DNA from: the human T2T-CHM13v2.0 reference genome, Homo sapiens
Direction: 5' to 3' (one strand)
Length of the DNA stretch: 64,000 bases
Assembly (NCBI RefSeq): GCF_009914755.1
Contig: NC_060946.1
Shown here: in pieces, positions 16,830 to 37,229 of the stretch
How the letters are laid out: every line of letters begins with the position of its first letter
How positions within the stretch are numbered: position 1 is the stretch's first letter
Translations under genes and position numbers: made by a program
Notes under the pieces: model-generated
Database searches by the model: none
The model's input: the letters and a program-made list of their open reading frames with translations, nothing else
Told to the model about the DNA's origin: nothing

Positions 16830-17126
16830 GTGAGCCCAGAAGTGAGAGCAGTTGGCTGTGCCCCAGTGCTGTGTGACCCAGAGGCGCCGCTCACCCTCTC
16901 TGAGCTGGTGGACATCATAGGTGGGGAAGCTCAGGTCAGGGCACTCCCATGAGTGTCTGGAGGCCTGAGTCCCATTCTCAGCTCTGCCATATGCTTGCTG
17001 CGCTCTAGAGGAGTTCCTCTTCCTCTCCAAGCCTCGGTTTATGTACCCGTGCAGTGGGAGTGAGTTGCACTTCGGGGTGAAGGGGGCAAGACTTGTGTGG
17101 GCGCATCCTGCAGAAGGATCCCACAG
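16830..17126 (+). other. GGT1: Candidate GGT1 first non-coding exon; start approximate
   Basis: Donor CAG|GTGGGC at 17126/17127, with a GC-box/C-run promoter-like element at ~16715-16740. Other donors (16829, 16920) are possible. Confidence 0.4.
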
Positions 17127-18619
17127 GTGGGCAGAGCCCTGGGTTCTTTATCCGACTGGGTCTGGGCTGGGGGCCTCTGTTTCTTGGCTGATGAGTTTAT
17201 GTGAGTTTGAGTGAGGTATGCGAGTGGGTGAAGGAGGGCTGGGGGGAGTCACCTGACTTGTGCGAAGAAGCTCTTGAGAGAGCCGTGGCTTCTTGGAATT
17301 AAGAGGAAAGAGTGCAGCATGAACAGACAGGCCCTGGAGGATCTGGCAGCCCTGAGTGGGGGCGGGGGGTCAGCTCTGGAGTAGAGCCAGAGCTGTGATG
17401 GGGTTGGGGGACCCTGTGTCCTTGGGCCATGCTTGCCTCGCTCCTGGGTTCTGTTTGTGGCTGTGGATTGGGGTGGGGCAGGGCCGGTTGTGCGAGGGGT
17501 CATTGCCCAACTCCAGGGGGCGCCTGCCACCTCTCAGCTATATATATAGGGATATATATAGTTCTTTCGACAGGTTTCCAGCAGGTAGTGGTTATTAAAT
17601 CTTACTGAAGGGGTGTTTTTTCTGATTCTCGGCTCTGTGCCGCAAGGGTGGAAACTGTGAGAGACAGATTCCAACTCCACGTCTGGGTAGTAAGCATCCA
17701 GTCCAGGGCTGTAGGCAGTCCTGGGGAAGACGCCAGAGATCTGTGCATTCTCATATCGAGGGATAGCGACTCCAGGCTGGGGGCTGGCAGGGTAAGGGGT
17801 GGGTGGGTCCTGGGCTTACCCGCAGGTCTGCAGACTTCCTGGGGCCAGCTGACCTCGTAAAATCCCTTTTGTCTAAGCTTCAGTTTCCTGCCTGTGAATG
17901 GGGTTGGGGCTGTGCTCTGGTTTCACCCTTGTGGCTCTGGGGTTGTGGTGACAAAGCCATCAAGCTGGGTTGAAGGATTAACCAGGAAACTTCAGACTGG
18001 CTGCCGTGTCTACCTCTTCCTCATACTCCTCTCTCTGCTGCATCCTGGGAAGCTGCTCTGCTCAGCCTAAATGAGGCTCAGTTGTGTGTGTGCGCACGTG
18101 CTTGCACGTGTGTTGGAAGTGGGTGATACTGACACCAGAGTCTGTGTCTCTGGGTGAGTGAGGCTTGCACATTTCTCGGGACAGGGAACTCACTACCTTA
18201 TGTGCCCAGGACAAGAGCTGTGGGGTCTGGAGAAGACTTCTAGGCCAGCCCCTGCAGTCCTTCCTCAGGTGACATGGCTTCCCCAGACCCACTTCCCCCT
18301 AGGTGCCCTCTCTGCATTCAGGGGGTAGAGGGCTGACTGGGACAGAATGTGACACACTCAGCATGTGAGGAAAAGCCTCCTTCATTCTGTAGGCCCTACC
18401 TCTATTAACATGTCCTTTGATAAAGTGCCTCCCCTCCTGTCTCCCCTCTCTGGAATCCTCAGCTGCTGCCAGGCTTCAGCTGTGCCCCATTGAAGGCAGC
18501 TCTGTCTCCCTACTTTCCCCAGCCCAGGGTTTTCCTTTTGGGGTCAGCTGCAGGGATCTGGGCCATCCTTTGCCCACTCAGACTTTCTTTCTGCCCACCT
18601 GCTGCTGTGAATCCTGTAT

Positions 18620-19605
18620 GTCATATATATATATAAAATATGTAATATATTATATATTATATGTAATATATAATATATAAAGTATATTATATAATATGTA
18701 ATATATTATATAATATATAATATGTATTATATTATATATTATATAATATGTAATATATTATATAATATATAATATGTATTATATTATATATTATATAATA
18801 TGTAATATATTATATAATATATAATATGTATTATATTATATATTATATAATACGTATTATATATTATATAATACGTATTATATATTATATAATACGTATT
18901 ATATATTATATAATATGTATTATATATTATATAATATGTATTATATATTATATAATATTATAATATGTATTATATATTATATAATATTATATAATATGTA
19001 TTATATATTATATAACAATATATAATGTGTATTATATATAATATAATATTATATAATGTGTATTATATATTATATAATATTATATAATGTGTATTATATA
19101 TTATATAATATTATATAATGTGTATTATATATTATATAATATTATATAATGTGTATTATATATATAATATTATATAATGTGTATTATATATATAATATTA
19201 TATAATGTGTATTATATATTTAATATTATATAATGTGTATTATATATTATATAATATTATATAATGTGTATTATATATTATATAATATTATATAATGTGT
19301 ATTATATATTATATAATATATGATGTGTATTATATATTATATATTATATGATGTGTATTATATATTATATAATATATGATGTGTATTATATATTATATAA
19401 TATATGATGTGTATTATATATTATATAATATTATATGATGTGTATTATATATTATATATAATATATAATATTATATATAATATATTACATATAATATATC
19501 ATATATTATATTTATATAATTTATATAATATATCATATATTATATTTATATAATTTATATAATATATCATATAAATATATTATATATAGTATTATATATA
19601 TAAAA
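18620..19605. repeat. AT-rich minisatellite (VNTR), ~20-30-bp units such as TATAATGTGTATTATATATTATATAATAT
   Basis: About 1 kb of almost pure A/T with blocks of unit variants (TATGTA, TACGTA, TGTGTA and GATGTGTA cores). Confidence 0.95.
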
Positions 19606-19837
19606 TTATACTTTAAGTTCTAGGGTACATGTGCACAACGTACAGGTTTGTTACATATGTATACATGTGCCATGTTGGTGTGCTGCACCCATTAACTTGT
19701 CATTTACATTAGGTATATCTCCTAATGCTATCCCTCCCCGTTCCCCTCACCCCACAACAGGCCCCAGTGTGTGATGTTCCCCTTCCTGTGTCCAAGTGTT
19801 CTCATTGTTTAATTCCAACCTATGAGTGAGAACATGC
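19606..19837 (-). mobile_element. 5'-truncated L1PA 3' UTR
   Basis: TTATACTTTAAGTTCTAGGGTACATGTGCAC... is the reverse complement of the primate L1 3' end. Confidence 0.92.
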
Positions 19838-20994
19838 ATGTCTTATATGCTCTCAGGCAGAGAGGAAACTGCTGAGCAGGCCGGGGCAGGGGACAGAGCC
19901 CTGTGGCTCTCCACTTTAGACCCCTCCTGGCTGACTGCCATGGAATGCAGCCACTTAGCAGGGCCAAATCCCCTGATGTTCCTGTTGGCTGTCTAGCCTT
20001 CAGGGACAGGTCATGGGACCTTGGTTCCTGCCCTGTCATCTTCCCAGTCACCCTGATCTTCACGGGGAGGAATAGCCTGGGAAAGGACTTGGTCACAGCA
20101 CCTCCACCCTAGGGCTATTGAGGATCTCACAGTTGTGTGTCTGGTGGGTTCTGTCCAGAGCCCATTTGAGAGCAGTGGATGACAGGACAGGCCTATGTGA
20201 CCCAGGCAGGCAGCAATATTGGGTCAGCCTTCATGTCCCCTTCTGTCAGCTGGGGCAGCCTGGAAGCATGATTGTGGGGTAGGTGTTATGGGCACGGAAT
20301 AGACCTCAGGTGGAGGCTGCAGGGGCTCTCCGGCACCGTAGACACAGCAGGCCCAGGAGCAGGGGAGGGAGCCATGACTCAGGGAGACTCTGGCCCATAT
20401 CCTTGGCAGATGAGGGCCACAGGGGAATGGGCAGCACTGTCCAAAGTCCCCTGGGCTGGGTCCGCAGCTGTTCCTGGCTCAGACTTCTTGGTGGGCTGGT
20501 CAGAAACATGCAGTAACTTGGGGCAGTTACCAGGTGGCCAAGCCTGCACTGCTGGGCTCTGTGAGCTTGGGCCAGCTCAGGCCCTCTCTGGGCCCTGCCT
20601 TTCTGGGCTGTTCGGGTGGTTCCTTGGGCCTGGGGTGCTAATGTTTCTGGATGGGCAGCAGAACCAGTCTGCACTCAGGGCCCCAGGCCATGTTCCCGGA
20701 ACACACCTTTAGCATTGACAGCAGCGTGTGGTGAGGCCCCTTAGGCTGGGTTCTGGTCTAGTGCCAGGGGCACCACTACTCCACCGCCTCCAGAGCCATC
20801 TCTGGGACACTGGCTGTGAGTTCAGATGTTCTGAACAGGGACAGGGAGAGCCAGAGGGAACCAGCCTGGGGCTCACTGGAGGGGCTCGTGGGCAGACAGC
20901 GCCCTTTGGAGGGAACTGAGTCTGAAAGGAAGGAAACCCTTTCCCCGGCTCATAGCACCTGCCATCCAGGGCCCTCCCAGGGCTGCGTGAACTT

Positions 20995-21186
20995 TAGTCA
21001 CGTGGTGACAGGCCGAGTCACCATGCCAAGTCACTGTGCGCCTCCTTGCTGCTGTGACGTCAGCTTCCCCATCCTCCCAGCCAGGCTGGACCTCCGTGAG
21101 AGGCCTGCCTGTCCTGCACCCTGTGCAGATGCCTCCCACTGTCCGCCGGGGCTGCTGGGCACGCCCTGGCTGGTCTCTTGGACTAG
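20995..21186 (+). promoter_or_regulatory. Candidate alternative GGT1 promoter/first exon with E-box, two AREs and a CRE
   Basis: GTCACGTG 20997-21004; ARE-like GTGACTCGGC and GTGACTTGGCA on the minus strand within 21012-21034; TGACGTCA 21055-21062; strong donor TAG|GTAAGC at 21186. Confidence 0.5.
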
Positions 21187-21407
21187 GTAAGCTCATGAGT
21201 CCTCTGGCCGCTCCTGCTCCTTCCCTGCCTCTGCTCCTCCTCGGAGGTGGCCACCCCCAGATCCCAGTCCCAATTCGGAGGCCCCCTGAGGAGTGCTGCA
21301 GGGGGCCACAGGCGTGGCTCTGAGCCACTCTGGAGAGTGGCGGGGGGCCCAGCCAGTTCTGTGGCTGGGACTTTCCCAGGCAGACAAGTCTGTCTCTTCC
21401 TCCCCAG

Positions 21408-21477
21408 CGGGTGCAGCCCAGAACTGTCTTCTGAGGAAGAGGTGCTCTCCTGGGCCCCCACTGTCCCCAGGCCTCAG
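21408..21477 (+). other. GGT1: GGT1 5'UTR exon (70 nt)
   Basis: Pyrimidine-rich acceptor (tctcttcctccccag) and consensus donor CAG|GTAAGC. No ATG. Confidence 0.7.
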
Positions 21478-22109
21478 GTAAGCCCATCAGGGTCCCAAGG
21501 AAGGGGGTCTGGGTTTGAGGCCAACCATGGCAGCTGACCTACTTTCTAGCCTCAGTTTCCCCTAGTGTGTGCAGCTCTCACGCTGTTTGGGTGAGAACCA
21601 GGCCTCTGGGCTTGGACATTCTTTCAGTGAGTTTTTAGGGTGGAGGGATGGGAAATGGAAGCCCAGGACCTCAGCAGGGTGTCTTCCTCCGATCCGGGGA
21701 CATCTGCCTGTGGGAGGCTGGGCCCACCCTCCCTTGCTGACCTGCCCTGGGAGGAAGGGACAGGGCCCAGCACTGCCTACTCCCCTCCCTGTTCTTCCCA
21801 GCAGTCTGAGCCTGGCTGGGTGTCCCCTGCTCCTCCAGCAGCCTACTTGGGCCTTTGGGTAGACAGATTAACAGACAGGCGAGGCTGGGTCATGGTTGGA
21901 CCACCCCAGGACCCTGACCGGGGGCTCAGCTCATGACCCTGAGCCTGGGAGAGATGAGGCCATGCCCTCCAGGGCACTCAGCATGACCCGGCCCAGTGGA
22001 CGGGACTGGGTAGCTTCCTTGGTGCAGGGGGCTGTCATGCTAGGACGGGGTCACTGACCAGGCCAGGCCCCTGCCCCATGACTTGTGGTGGAAATGTCCT
22101 TTTGTTTTT

Positions 22110-22413
<304 letters not shown>

Positions 22414-23418
22414 TGTGATGGGAATGTTCTGTGTCCATAATAGATGCTGCATATTGCTGGCCCAGCTCCTGAGGCTCTTTGGACCTCCAGGAATCGGTGT
22501 CTCTATCAGGAACCCTTAACCCTGACCCGGACTCCCAGCTGGGACCCGGGGTGTCGGAGTGGCAAGAGCGCTGTCAGGCCTGGTGAAGGGTGTGAGCTGT
22601 CCAACGGGGCAGGGAGGAGGCAGGGCCTGTTCTGCAGTTGGACAGACAGAGCCCTCTAGCTGCTTTCTGGAAGACTGAAGGGCAGGTGATGTTGGAGGGA
22701 GGGAGTGCAGGCAGGGGCTGTGAGGGAGTTCAGGTCAGAAACAGGTGGCGCCTGGATTCAGGCTGTGGTGGTCACGGTGGGGATGAGGGGCTGCTTTGGA
22801 TTGTGCTGGGGATGTGGGGTGGTGCGCTGCTGCATGACTACTGCCAGGTCTCTCTGCTCTTAGTGTCTGCATCCAGGGCTGGGAGGGGGTCAAATGAATC
22901 ACACTATCGGCCCCAGGCCCACCAAGCCTGGGGAGGTGGCCACCCTTCCATGATGGCATTTGGATGTTCCCTGTGTGTGGGGAGGGCACAGGGACTCCAT
23001 TCGTAGACCACCTCTGGGACAGTGTGTCTGCCTCTGAGGTCAGACGCTCTGCACTGGGACAGGGTGGAGTGGAGGGAAATCCAGCTTGGGGCTCATTGGA
23101 GGGGCTTGCTGGCAGACACCGCCCTTTGTGGGAAACTGACTGTGGGAGAGGGGAACCCCAACCTCTGTCACCACATCCCTCTTCCCTGTTGTCACACCTG
23201 TCACCTGCTGCCATAGCCATGAGACTTCCCAAGGGTCACTGCTGCCACTCACTGCACAGCCTGGAAGGGAGTCCACAGGGGACATACAGTGAGCAAGAGA
23301 CCTGTGCCACTCAGGCCTCCTGGGGGTGTCCCCAGTGCAGCCATGATGATAATCACAGCTACCATTCACCAAGCCCTGCCCACAGTCTAACCTACTCTAT
23401 TCACAACACTCCCAGCAG

Positions 23419-23487
23419 CAAGGCAAGTGAGGTGCTGCCGTCATCCAGGCTGGACAGTTCAGTGATTTGCCTGAGGCCCCACAGCAG
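23419..23487 (+). other. GGT1: GGT1 5'UTR exon (69 nt, or 72 nt from the upstream CAG)
   Basis: Tandem CAGCAG acceptor and consensus donor CAG|GTGAGT. No ATG. Confidence 0.6.
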
Positions 23488-23703
23488 GTGAGTGGCAAGT
23501 CCAGCATCAGAGCAGGGCAGGCTGGCGGTGCCCCCTGAGCCCCCTTTGCCATGCTGACCACATGCACATCCTGGGCTTCTGCAGGAATGCCCTGTCCCCT
23601 ACCTGCCCTGCTCCGTGCAAAACCCTCTTTGAGCTGTGCCTGGGAGACATGCTGAGAGAATTCATGGAAACAAATGTGTTACTGACAGCCTCTTTGCCTC
23701 CAG

Positions 23704-23985
23704 AGTTCAACTGGAGACAGAGAAACCAGCTAGAGGCAGAGGGAGGTAACACGGAGTCCCCCAGAAAGGTCTGGGCTGCGCGTGCTTCAGGTAACCTCCC
23801 TTGACCTTCAGGAGAACGAGAAGGCTGCCTGATCAGAGAGTCCCTGAAGAAGATTCTGTGGCTACAGGCTTCAGCAGAGTGTGAGGGAGACCCCGGTTAT
23901 TTCCTCAGCTATTTCCACCAAATCCTCCTGTCTTTCGTGGCCAACACCCCAGGCAAGGCTTGGGGCCCCCGTCTGCTGCTGGACG
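23704..23985 (+). other. GGT1: GGT1 5'UTR exon immediately upstream of the ATG exon
   Basis: Acceptor ctctttgcctccag and donor ACG|GTAAGT. No ATG. Alternative acceptors at 23689 and 23812 are possible. Confidence 0.6.
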
Positions 23986-24535
23986 GTAAGTCCTGGCCCC
24001 GTGGCAGTGAATCTGTGGGGCGCTCTGATTGTGGGCACTATGGAAGCTAAACCCCATGCTCCAGGTGGGGTGGAGGGTCTTCAGAGGACTCCTGGACAGT
24101 GCCAGGCTCTAGGCTGGGGTGGGGGACACAGGAGAAACCAGGCCAGGCCCATCCCTGCTGGAGCTTCTCCCTAAGCAGTGGAGGCTCAGCCACTGTAAGG
24201 AGGTAGGCAAGGCCCTGCAGAAAGAGGGGTGTGGAAATCTGGGGGCTCCCAGGAAGGGCCGCTGCTGGAGATGGGGTTCTTACCAGGATGGGCTCTGAAG
24301 ATAAGCAGGGAGGATTTGGGAGGGCAGAGATGAGGCCCAGAGCTTCTGGCAGAGGGCATGGCCTGCGCAAAGGTCTGGGGGCCGGACAGCCTGCACGTAT
24401 TCTGGGAAGCGGGAAGGAGACACAGGCCTTGTGTTTCTGAGGCCCGACTTTAGACTGTGCCCTGTTGGGGAGGGGCCAGGGAATGTCTGAGGCTAGGCCT
24501 GACCCTGCTTCTTACCCCGTGGGTGCAGCAGAGCC

Positions 24536-24699
24536 ATGAAGAAGAAGTTAGTGGTGCTGGGCCTGCTGGCCGTGGTCCTGGTGCTGGTCATTGTCGGCCT
24601 CTGTCTCTGGCTGCCCTCAGCCTCCAAGGAACCTGACAACCATGTGTACACCAGGGCTGCCGTGGCCGCGGATGCCAAGCAGTGCTCGAAGATTGGGAG
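24536..24699 (+). CDS. GGT1: GGT1 coding exon 1 (signal anchor MKKKLVVLGLLAVVLVLVIVGLCLWL...SKIGR)
   Basis: ATG at 24536, 164 nt, donor AG|GTGAGC. Matches the recalled GGT1 N-terminus. Not listed in the ORF track. Confidence 0.97.
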
Positions 24700-24923
24700 G
24701 TGAGCAGGGCAGGGCATGGGACATGGGCCCTGAAAACTGGGCAAGTGGACCTGAGCAATACCTTCACCCCCCTGAGACTCAGTTTCCCCATGTGTAAGCT
24801 TCGCTTGGACTCTCTCAGTAGCCTTTGGGAAGGGGACAGTGACTCCGAGAGCAGGGTGTGGGTCTCTAGAGCCAAACAGGGCCCCTTTTCTCAGTTCTAA
24901 GAGTCTCTGTCTCTTTGGAATAA

Positions 24924-26822
<1,899 letters not shown>

Positions 26823-26919
26823 GGGAAAAAAAATGTTATTAATAAAGTATAGCAATTTCCCTTTTTGTCCCAGTTATAAAAGTCATGTACATTTGTTTGC
26901 TTGATAAAGAGGAAACTGT

Positions 26920-28199
<1,280 letters not shown>

Positions 28200-28225
28200 T
28201 CATGCCTTTATGTGCCACATGGCAG

Positions 28226-28356
28226 GGATGCACTGCGGGACGGTGGCTCTGCGGTGGATGCAGCCATTGCAGCCCTGTTGTGTGTGGGGCTCATGAATGC
28301 CCACAGCATGGGCATCGGGGGTGGCCTCTTCCTCACCATCTACAACAGCACCACAC
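28226..28356 (+). CDS. GGT1: GGT1 coding exon 2 ([43 protein letters not shown])
   Basis: 131 nt, AG/GT boundaries, contains the conserved GGT-family GIGGG motif. Confidence 0.97.
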
Positions 28357-28490
28357 GTGAGTGCCTCGGGAGAGGAGAGGGAGAGGGGCAGGGGGTGTGG
28401 GTTGGGCCGAGGCACAGCTGGGCGGTCCCCAGGCTCACGTGGCATAAAGGGTTTGGGTGGGCGGGCCTGCCTACCTGCTTCTCCTTCTAG

Positions 28491-28577
28491 GAAAAGCTGA
28501 GGTCATCAACGCCCGCGAGGTGGCCCCCAGGCTGGCCTTTGCCACCATGTTCAACAGCTCGGAGCAGTCCCAGAAGG
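28491..28577 (+). CDS. GGT1: GGT1 coding exon 3 (KAEVINAREVAPRLAFATMFNSSEQSQK; contains R107)
   Basis: 87 nt, AG/GT boundaries, in frame. Confidence 0.97.
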
Positions 28578-29289
28578 GTAAGCCATGCGGCAGACTTGGG
28601 GCGTGGGTGCAGAGCTGGCTGAGCCACCGGGAAGGGGCCTTGCCCACAGGAGCCTGCTCCCGTCAGGGTTCAGGGGCAGTTCTGTCACCCCCCATCCCTT
28701 CCTGTCCCCATAGCACCCTCCCACAATGAGTGGTCAGGACCATCATCACCATGGTAAAGGGCCGGGAGCTTCTGTTATTTCTGCTAAGGCCTCCGGGGCC
28801 ACTCTGTGCAGCACATGGAGAGAATAATTATTATGCTAGCAGACCTCATGGACCAGGGCTCACTGGGGCCCACACTCTGCTCTGTGCTTTTCACCCATGA
28901 GCCTCTCACAACCCTCCCTGCTCCTTTGGGCTAGGGGATGCTGTGTGGATTCCCATTTTACAGGGTGGGGATGCTGAGGCTCAGACAGGTCACGCAAATC
29001 AGTTGAGGTCACACAGCTGGGAGGTGGTGAAGCTAAAATTGAACCCAGGCTGTCTATACCGTGCCTTTTCAACAGGCATCCCATTCACTCATTTGTTCAT
29101 TTGTGGGGATGGTGCTCTAGAATGTGAGGTGGAGTCTCTCTTTTCTAATCTGGTCTTAAGTGGAGAGGAGGCCCCCAAATTCCCCAGGTACCTGAAGGGA
29201 AGCCACTGTCCATCCAGGAAGCCACTGTCTGTCCTCAAAGGTGGTACAGTAGATTGTGAGATAAAAGTTGGAGGATGGGAGGGTCTCAA

Positions 29290-30292
<1,003 letters not shown>

Positions 30293-31519
30293 TCAATCTT
30301 TCATTTTTTTTTAATACTCATTGAGAAACTCAGCATTTGTAGACATGAAGTTGCTCAGGGTAAGAGAATGCGGGAATCATAGGCTTGGCACCTTGTGGAC
30401 TCTTAGAATCATTTATTTAACTTGAATGTATTGAGTATTCTCTTAAAGAATCAGCTGTTGTTCCTGAAGCTGGGGTGAAAAACAAAGATGGCAGATGAAA
30501 TCTGTGACACTCCAGGTGGGAGGAGAAACTAGGCAGGTGCAGGTGTGTTACGGGCTGTAGAAAAACAGGTCTGGAGGGCCTCAAAATCTGGGACTGTATA
30601 GAGGGTGACCTAGTCAGGGAAGGGGACATCTGAGCAAAGACCCAGAGGCAGAGATGGGGTCAGGGGAGTTATCTCCTGGTCTGCTATCCAGGTGTGATGG
30701 CAGGGACAGAGCCCTGTGGGGAGCTGGGGAGGCTGCAGCAAGTGATCCAAGGGAAATGGCCCAGGTTGTGTGGGATCTCTTAGGTTATGGTGAAGCCTCT
30801 GCTTCCTGTCTGAGGGAAGTGGGGGCTCGTGGAGTATGTGAGTGGAAGGGGATGGATCTGGCCTATGGACCCCGTGGGTTGCTGTGTAAGGGGCAGGGAG
30901 CATGTGGGGACCTGTCTGGAGGTCACTGCAGTAATTCGTGGAGAGGGTGCTGGGAAGTGGCTGACGCTGGACAGACACACTTGGAAGTGGAGTCTGTGGA
31001 TTTGAGGATGGGTTGGGTGTGACGCTTGTGTAGGGAGTCCCCGGGGACCCCTGATCTTTTGTCTGTACCTGGAAGGATGGGGTGACCCTAATGGAGACAG
31101 GCAGGGTTCTCAGGAAGCAGGTTGAGCAGACACTCAGGAGCTCGGTTTTGGGCACGTTGAAGTTTGAGATGCTTTCTTCGAGCAGGCAGGTAGATCCTCA
31201 GGTCTGGTGATCGGAGGAGCAGCCCAGGCCAGCAGGTCAATTTGAGAGTTGTCAGTGCATAAATGGAGGCTGAAGCTCAGATGTCAAGCAGACCACCAGG
31301 AGAGAGAGCAAAGACAGAGGGGAGAGTAGGAGCTAGGATGGCAGGCGGGGGAGACTCGGGTGGAGCCAGGTGCTGGGATGCAGGGGCAGCTCTCAGGGAA
31401 AGTGATGAGCCCAGTAAAGCTGAGAGGGGGCACTGGGTCTGGCAGTGTGGGGGTCACCAGAGAACTTGGCAAGTGTGCTGGCATGAGAGTCTGATTGGCC
31501 TGAGGTCAGGAGAAGATTT

Positions 31520-33653
<2,134 letters not shown>

Positions 33654-33777
33654 TCTTTCCTCCTAAGCCTCATTGCCCCATCTGTAAAATGAGTCAGGGA
33701 CTGTGCCTGGGATGCTGCCTGCGAGAGATCCCGATGTCCCCCACTCAGGGTCACTAACTATGGCTCTCTCTCCCCAG

Positions 33778-33970
33778 GGGGGCTGTCGGTGGCGGTGCCT
33801 GGGGAGATCCGAGGCTATGAGCTGGCACACCAGCGGCATGGGCGGCTGCCCTGGGCTCGCCTCTTCCAGCCCAGCATCCAGCTGGCCCGCCAGGGCTTCC
33901 CCGTGGGCAAGGGCTTGGCGGCAGCCCTGGAAAACAAGCGGACCGTCATCGAGCAGCAGCCTGTCTTGTG
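33778..33970 (+). CDS. GGT1: GGT1 coding exon 4 ([25 protein letters not shown]...QPVL)
   Basis: 193 nt, AG/GT boundaries, contains the conserved VPG and LPW motifs. Confidence 0.97.
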
Positions 33971-34362
33971 GTATGTCTGTGGGTGCGGCCCCCTGACACA
34001 GGCAGGGCAGGCACAGCCCAAGGACCTTGCAGGCCGTAGCAGCAGTGGAGCAGCCCTCTGCCTTCAGGACCCTGTGCTGATAATGGGATGAGGAGATACA
34101 GACCCTTCCCACCACGTGTGGGGACACATTCTGAGCGTGGGGTCCCAGTGGCCACTGTGGCTGGCCATGTGTCCTGAGTGGCAAGGGACACTAGGAAGCT
34201 CCCGGAAGGGACACTAGGAAGACGAGCGCTGAGTGACAGGGCCACCCACCTGTGACAGGCGCTGCCCCTGTTCTGCTCCGTTCTCCTGTGTGGACGGGTG
34301 TGAGGGGTGGTCTAGCTGAGTCCACCCCACCTGCTGCCTCACATGAGCCCCCTCTGCCCCAG

Positions 34363-34520
34363 TGAGGTGTTCTGCCGGGATAGAAAGGTGCTTCGGGAGG
34401 GGGAGAGACTGACCCTGCCGCAGCTGGCTGACACCTACGAGACGCTGGCCATCGAGGGTGCCCAGGCCTTCTACAACGGCAGCCTCACGGCCCAGATTGT
34501 GAAGGACATCCAGGCGGCCG
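34363..34520 (+). CDS. GGT1: GGT1 coding exon 5 ([10 protein letters not shown]...DIQAA)
   Basis: 158 nt, AG/GT boundaries, in frame. Confidence 0.97.
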
Positions 34521-35154
34521 GTGAGTGGGTAACCTCAGGGGCCTGGGTGAGGAACTCTGCAGTGGAAACCCTGAGCTGTAGCCCAGAGCTATGGGGTCCT
34601 CCTGTCTTGCCTGAGCCTGCAGGAAGTTCCTGGTGGAGGAGGGTCAGTGACTGGCCATGTGGGTCCACAGCTCCTGCTTATATCAAAACCAAGAGAGGCC
34701 ACACAGTCCAGGAGAGCAAGTCCCTGTTGGGGTAAATGCAGGTGTAGGCAAGAGCCAGGGCTAGGGAAGCACTAGAATACAGCCTGAAGATCCAGGAGGA
34801 CTTCTTGGAGGAGGTGGCGGCTGGGCTGCAGATAACTTTGTTAGGCAGAGAGAGGAAGGGATTCCTAGCAGAGGAACAGCTGGGCTAAGGCCCAGTAGAG
34901 GGCGCTTTGATTCACCAAGAGGGTTACAAGGGATGAGGGTCTCCTTGAGAGAGGCATGGGGAAGGGGATTTGTGGGGCAGGGGCCTGGAGCTTGGCTGTG
35001 GCTTTCTTCAGGTAATTTTTGTCACGTTTCATGGAGGAGGGTGATTAGCGTGTCGACCTTTACCACTGAGGCTGGAAATTGGCATGCCAATACCCTGTCT
35101 GTCTGGAGCTGACTCCAGGAGAATTAAGAGCCTCCCTCCTCTATTCATTCATCA

Positions 35155-36210
<1,056 letters not shown>

Positions 36211-36556
36211 AAAACACTCTGTGGCCACAGATGAGAGAAGGCAGACAGGAAGCCAGTAAGCCAAGCAGGCAAAGGGCAGGTGGCCCCAGCCCGGCTGTTG
36301 GGTGGTGAGCAGTGTCAGGGAGACAGGAGTGCCGGAGCTGATGAGGTTCCCAAGGAGGTGAGGTTGCCTGTGGCCCCCTCCCAGGGCACAGTCCCACCCC
36401 TCCAGTAGTGCACTCTGTCCTCCCTGGTAGGTACAGGCTTTTCCCCACCACCATGGTGCAGCCATGCCTGCCCCCAACACCACTGCTGCAGCTCCATCCT
36501 CCACGCAGTGGTGCAGCCCCATCCCAGCACCCATTTGAGCTGCTGTCCCATTGCAG

Positions 36557-36706
36557 GGGGCATTGTGACAGCTGAGGACCTGAACAACTACCGTGCTGAG
36601 CTGATCGAGCACCCGCTGAACATCAGCCTGGGAGACGTGGTGCTGTACATGCCCAGTGCGCCGCTCAGCGGGCCCGTGCTGGCCCTCATCCTCAACATCC
36701 TCAAAG
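36557..36706 (+). CDS. GGT1: GGT1 coding exon 6 ([11 protein letters not shown]...LNILK)
   Basis: 150 nt, AG/GT boundaries, in frame. Confidence 0.97.
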
Positions 36707-37229
36707 GTGAGTGGTCGCACCACAGCCGTGTGGTAGGACCCATGACACTGCCTCTCTCTCCCCACGCCCCACCCCTCCTGCATCTCTGCTCGCCCCCCAT
36801 GCCACGTCTTTCCATCACTGAGCTCCCGAGGTGTGTCCCTGCGTCACAGTTCACCATGTCCTGAAGGAGGCAGTGCAGAGCGACAGGGCTGAAGCGGGCA
36901 ATGCTCAAGGGTTGGAGGAGGAACAGGAGTCATCAGGAGGGAGAGAGGTGCAGGAGCTCAGGGCTGCAGGGCCGGTCCAGAGGGTACCCCGGTCCAGTGG
37001 GTGACCCTGCCACTTGGTCATTGAATGGCCAGAGCTGATGCGTGACGTGAGGTCCAGGCTCGGGAGCCCTCACCTTACTTCACTCTCACCACAGCCTTCT
37101 GAAGCAGCTGCTGCTATTGGTTATTAAACGCTCCTTGAGGTGGGCAAAGTGGCTCAGGCAGGTGTTAACCCTCTGAGCCCCTCAGAGCCTCTGGGGCTCA
37201 GCAACATGCACCTGGCTCTGATCAACCAG

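Noticed and set aside
17538-17562. TATATATAGGG TATA-like doublet
   Set aside because: Short TA microsatellite with no supporting promoter or exon context.
18620-19605. CRISPR-like or 22q11 PATRR-type reading of the AT repeat
   Set aside because: There are no unique spacers and the context is eukaryotic. Units run head-to-tail with no clear single palindromic centre by eye.
34183-34221. 16-bp direct repeat AAGGGACACTAGGAAG with a 7-bp spacer
   Set aside because: Ordinary local slippage duplication in an intron.
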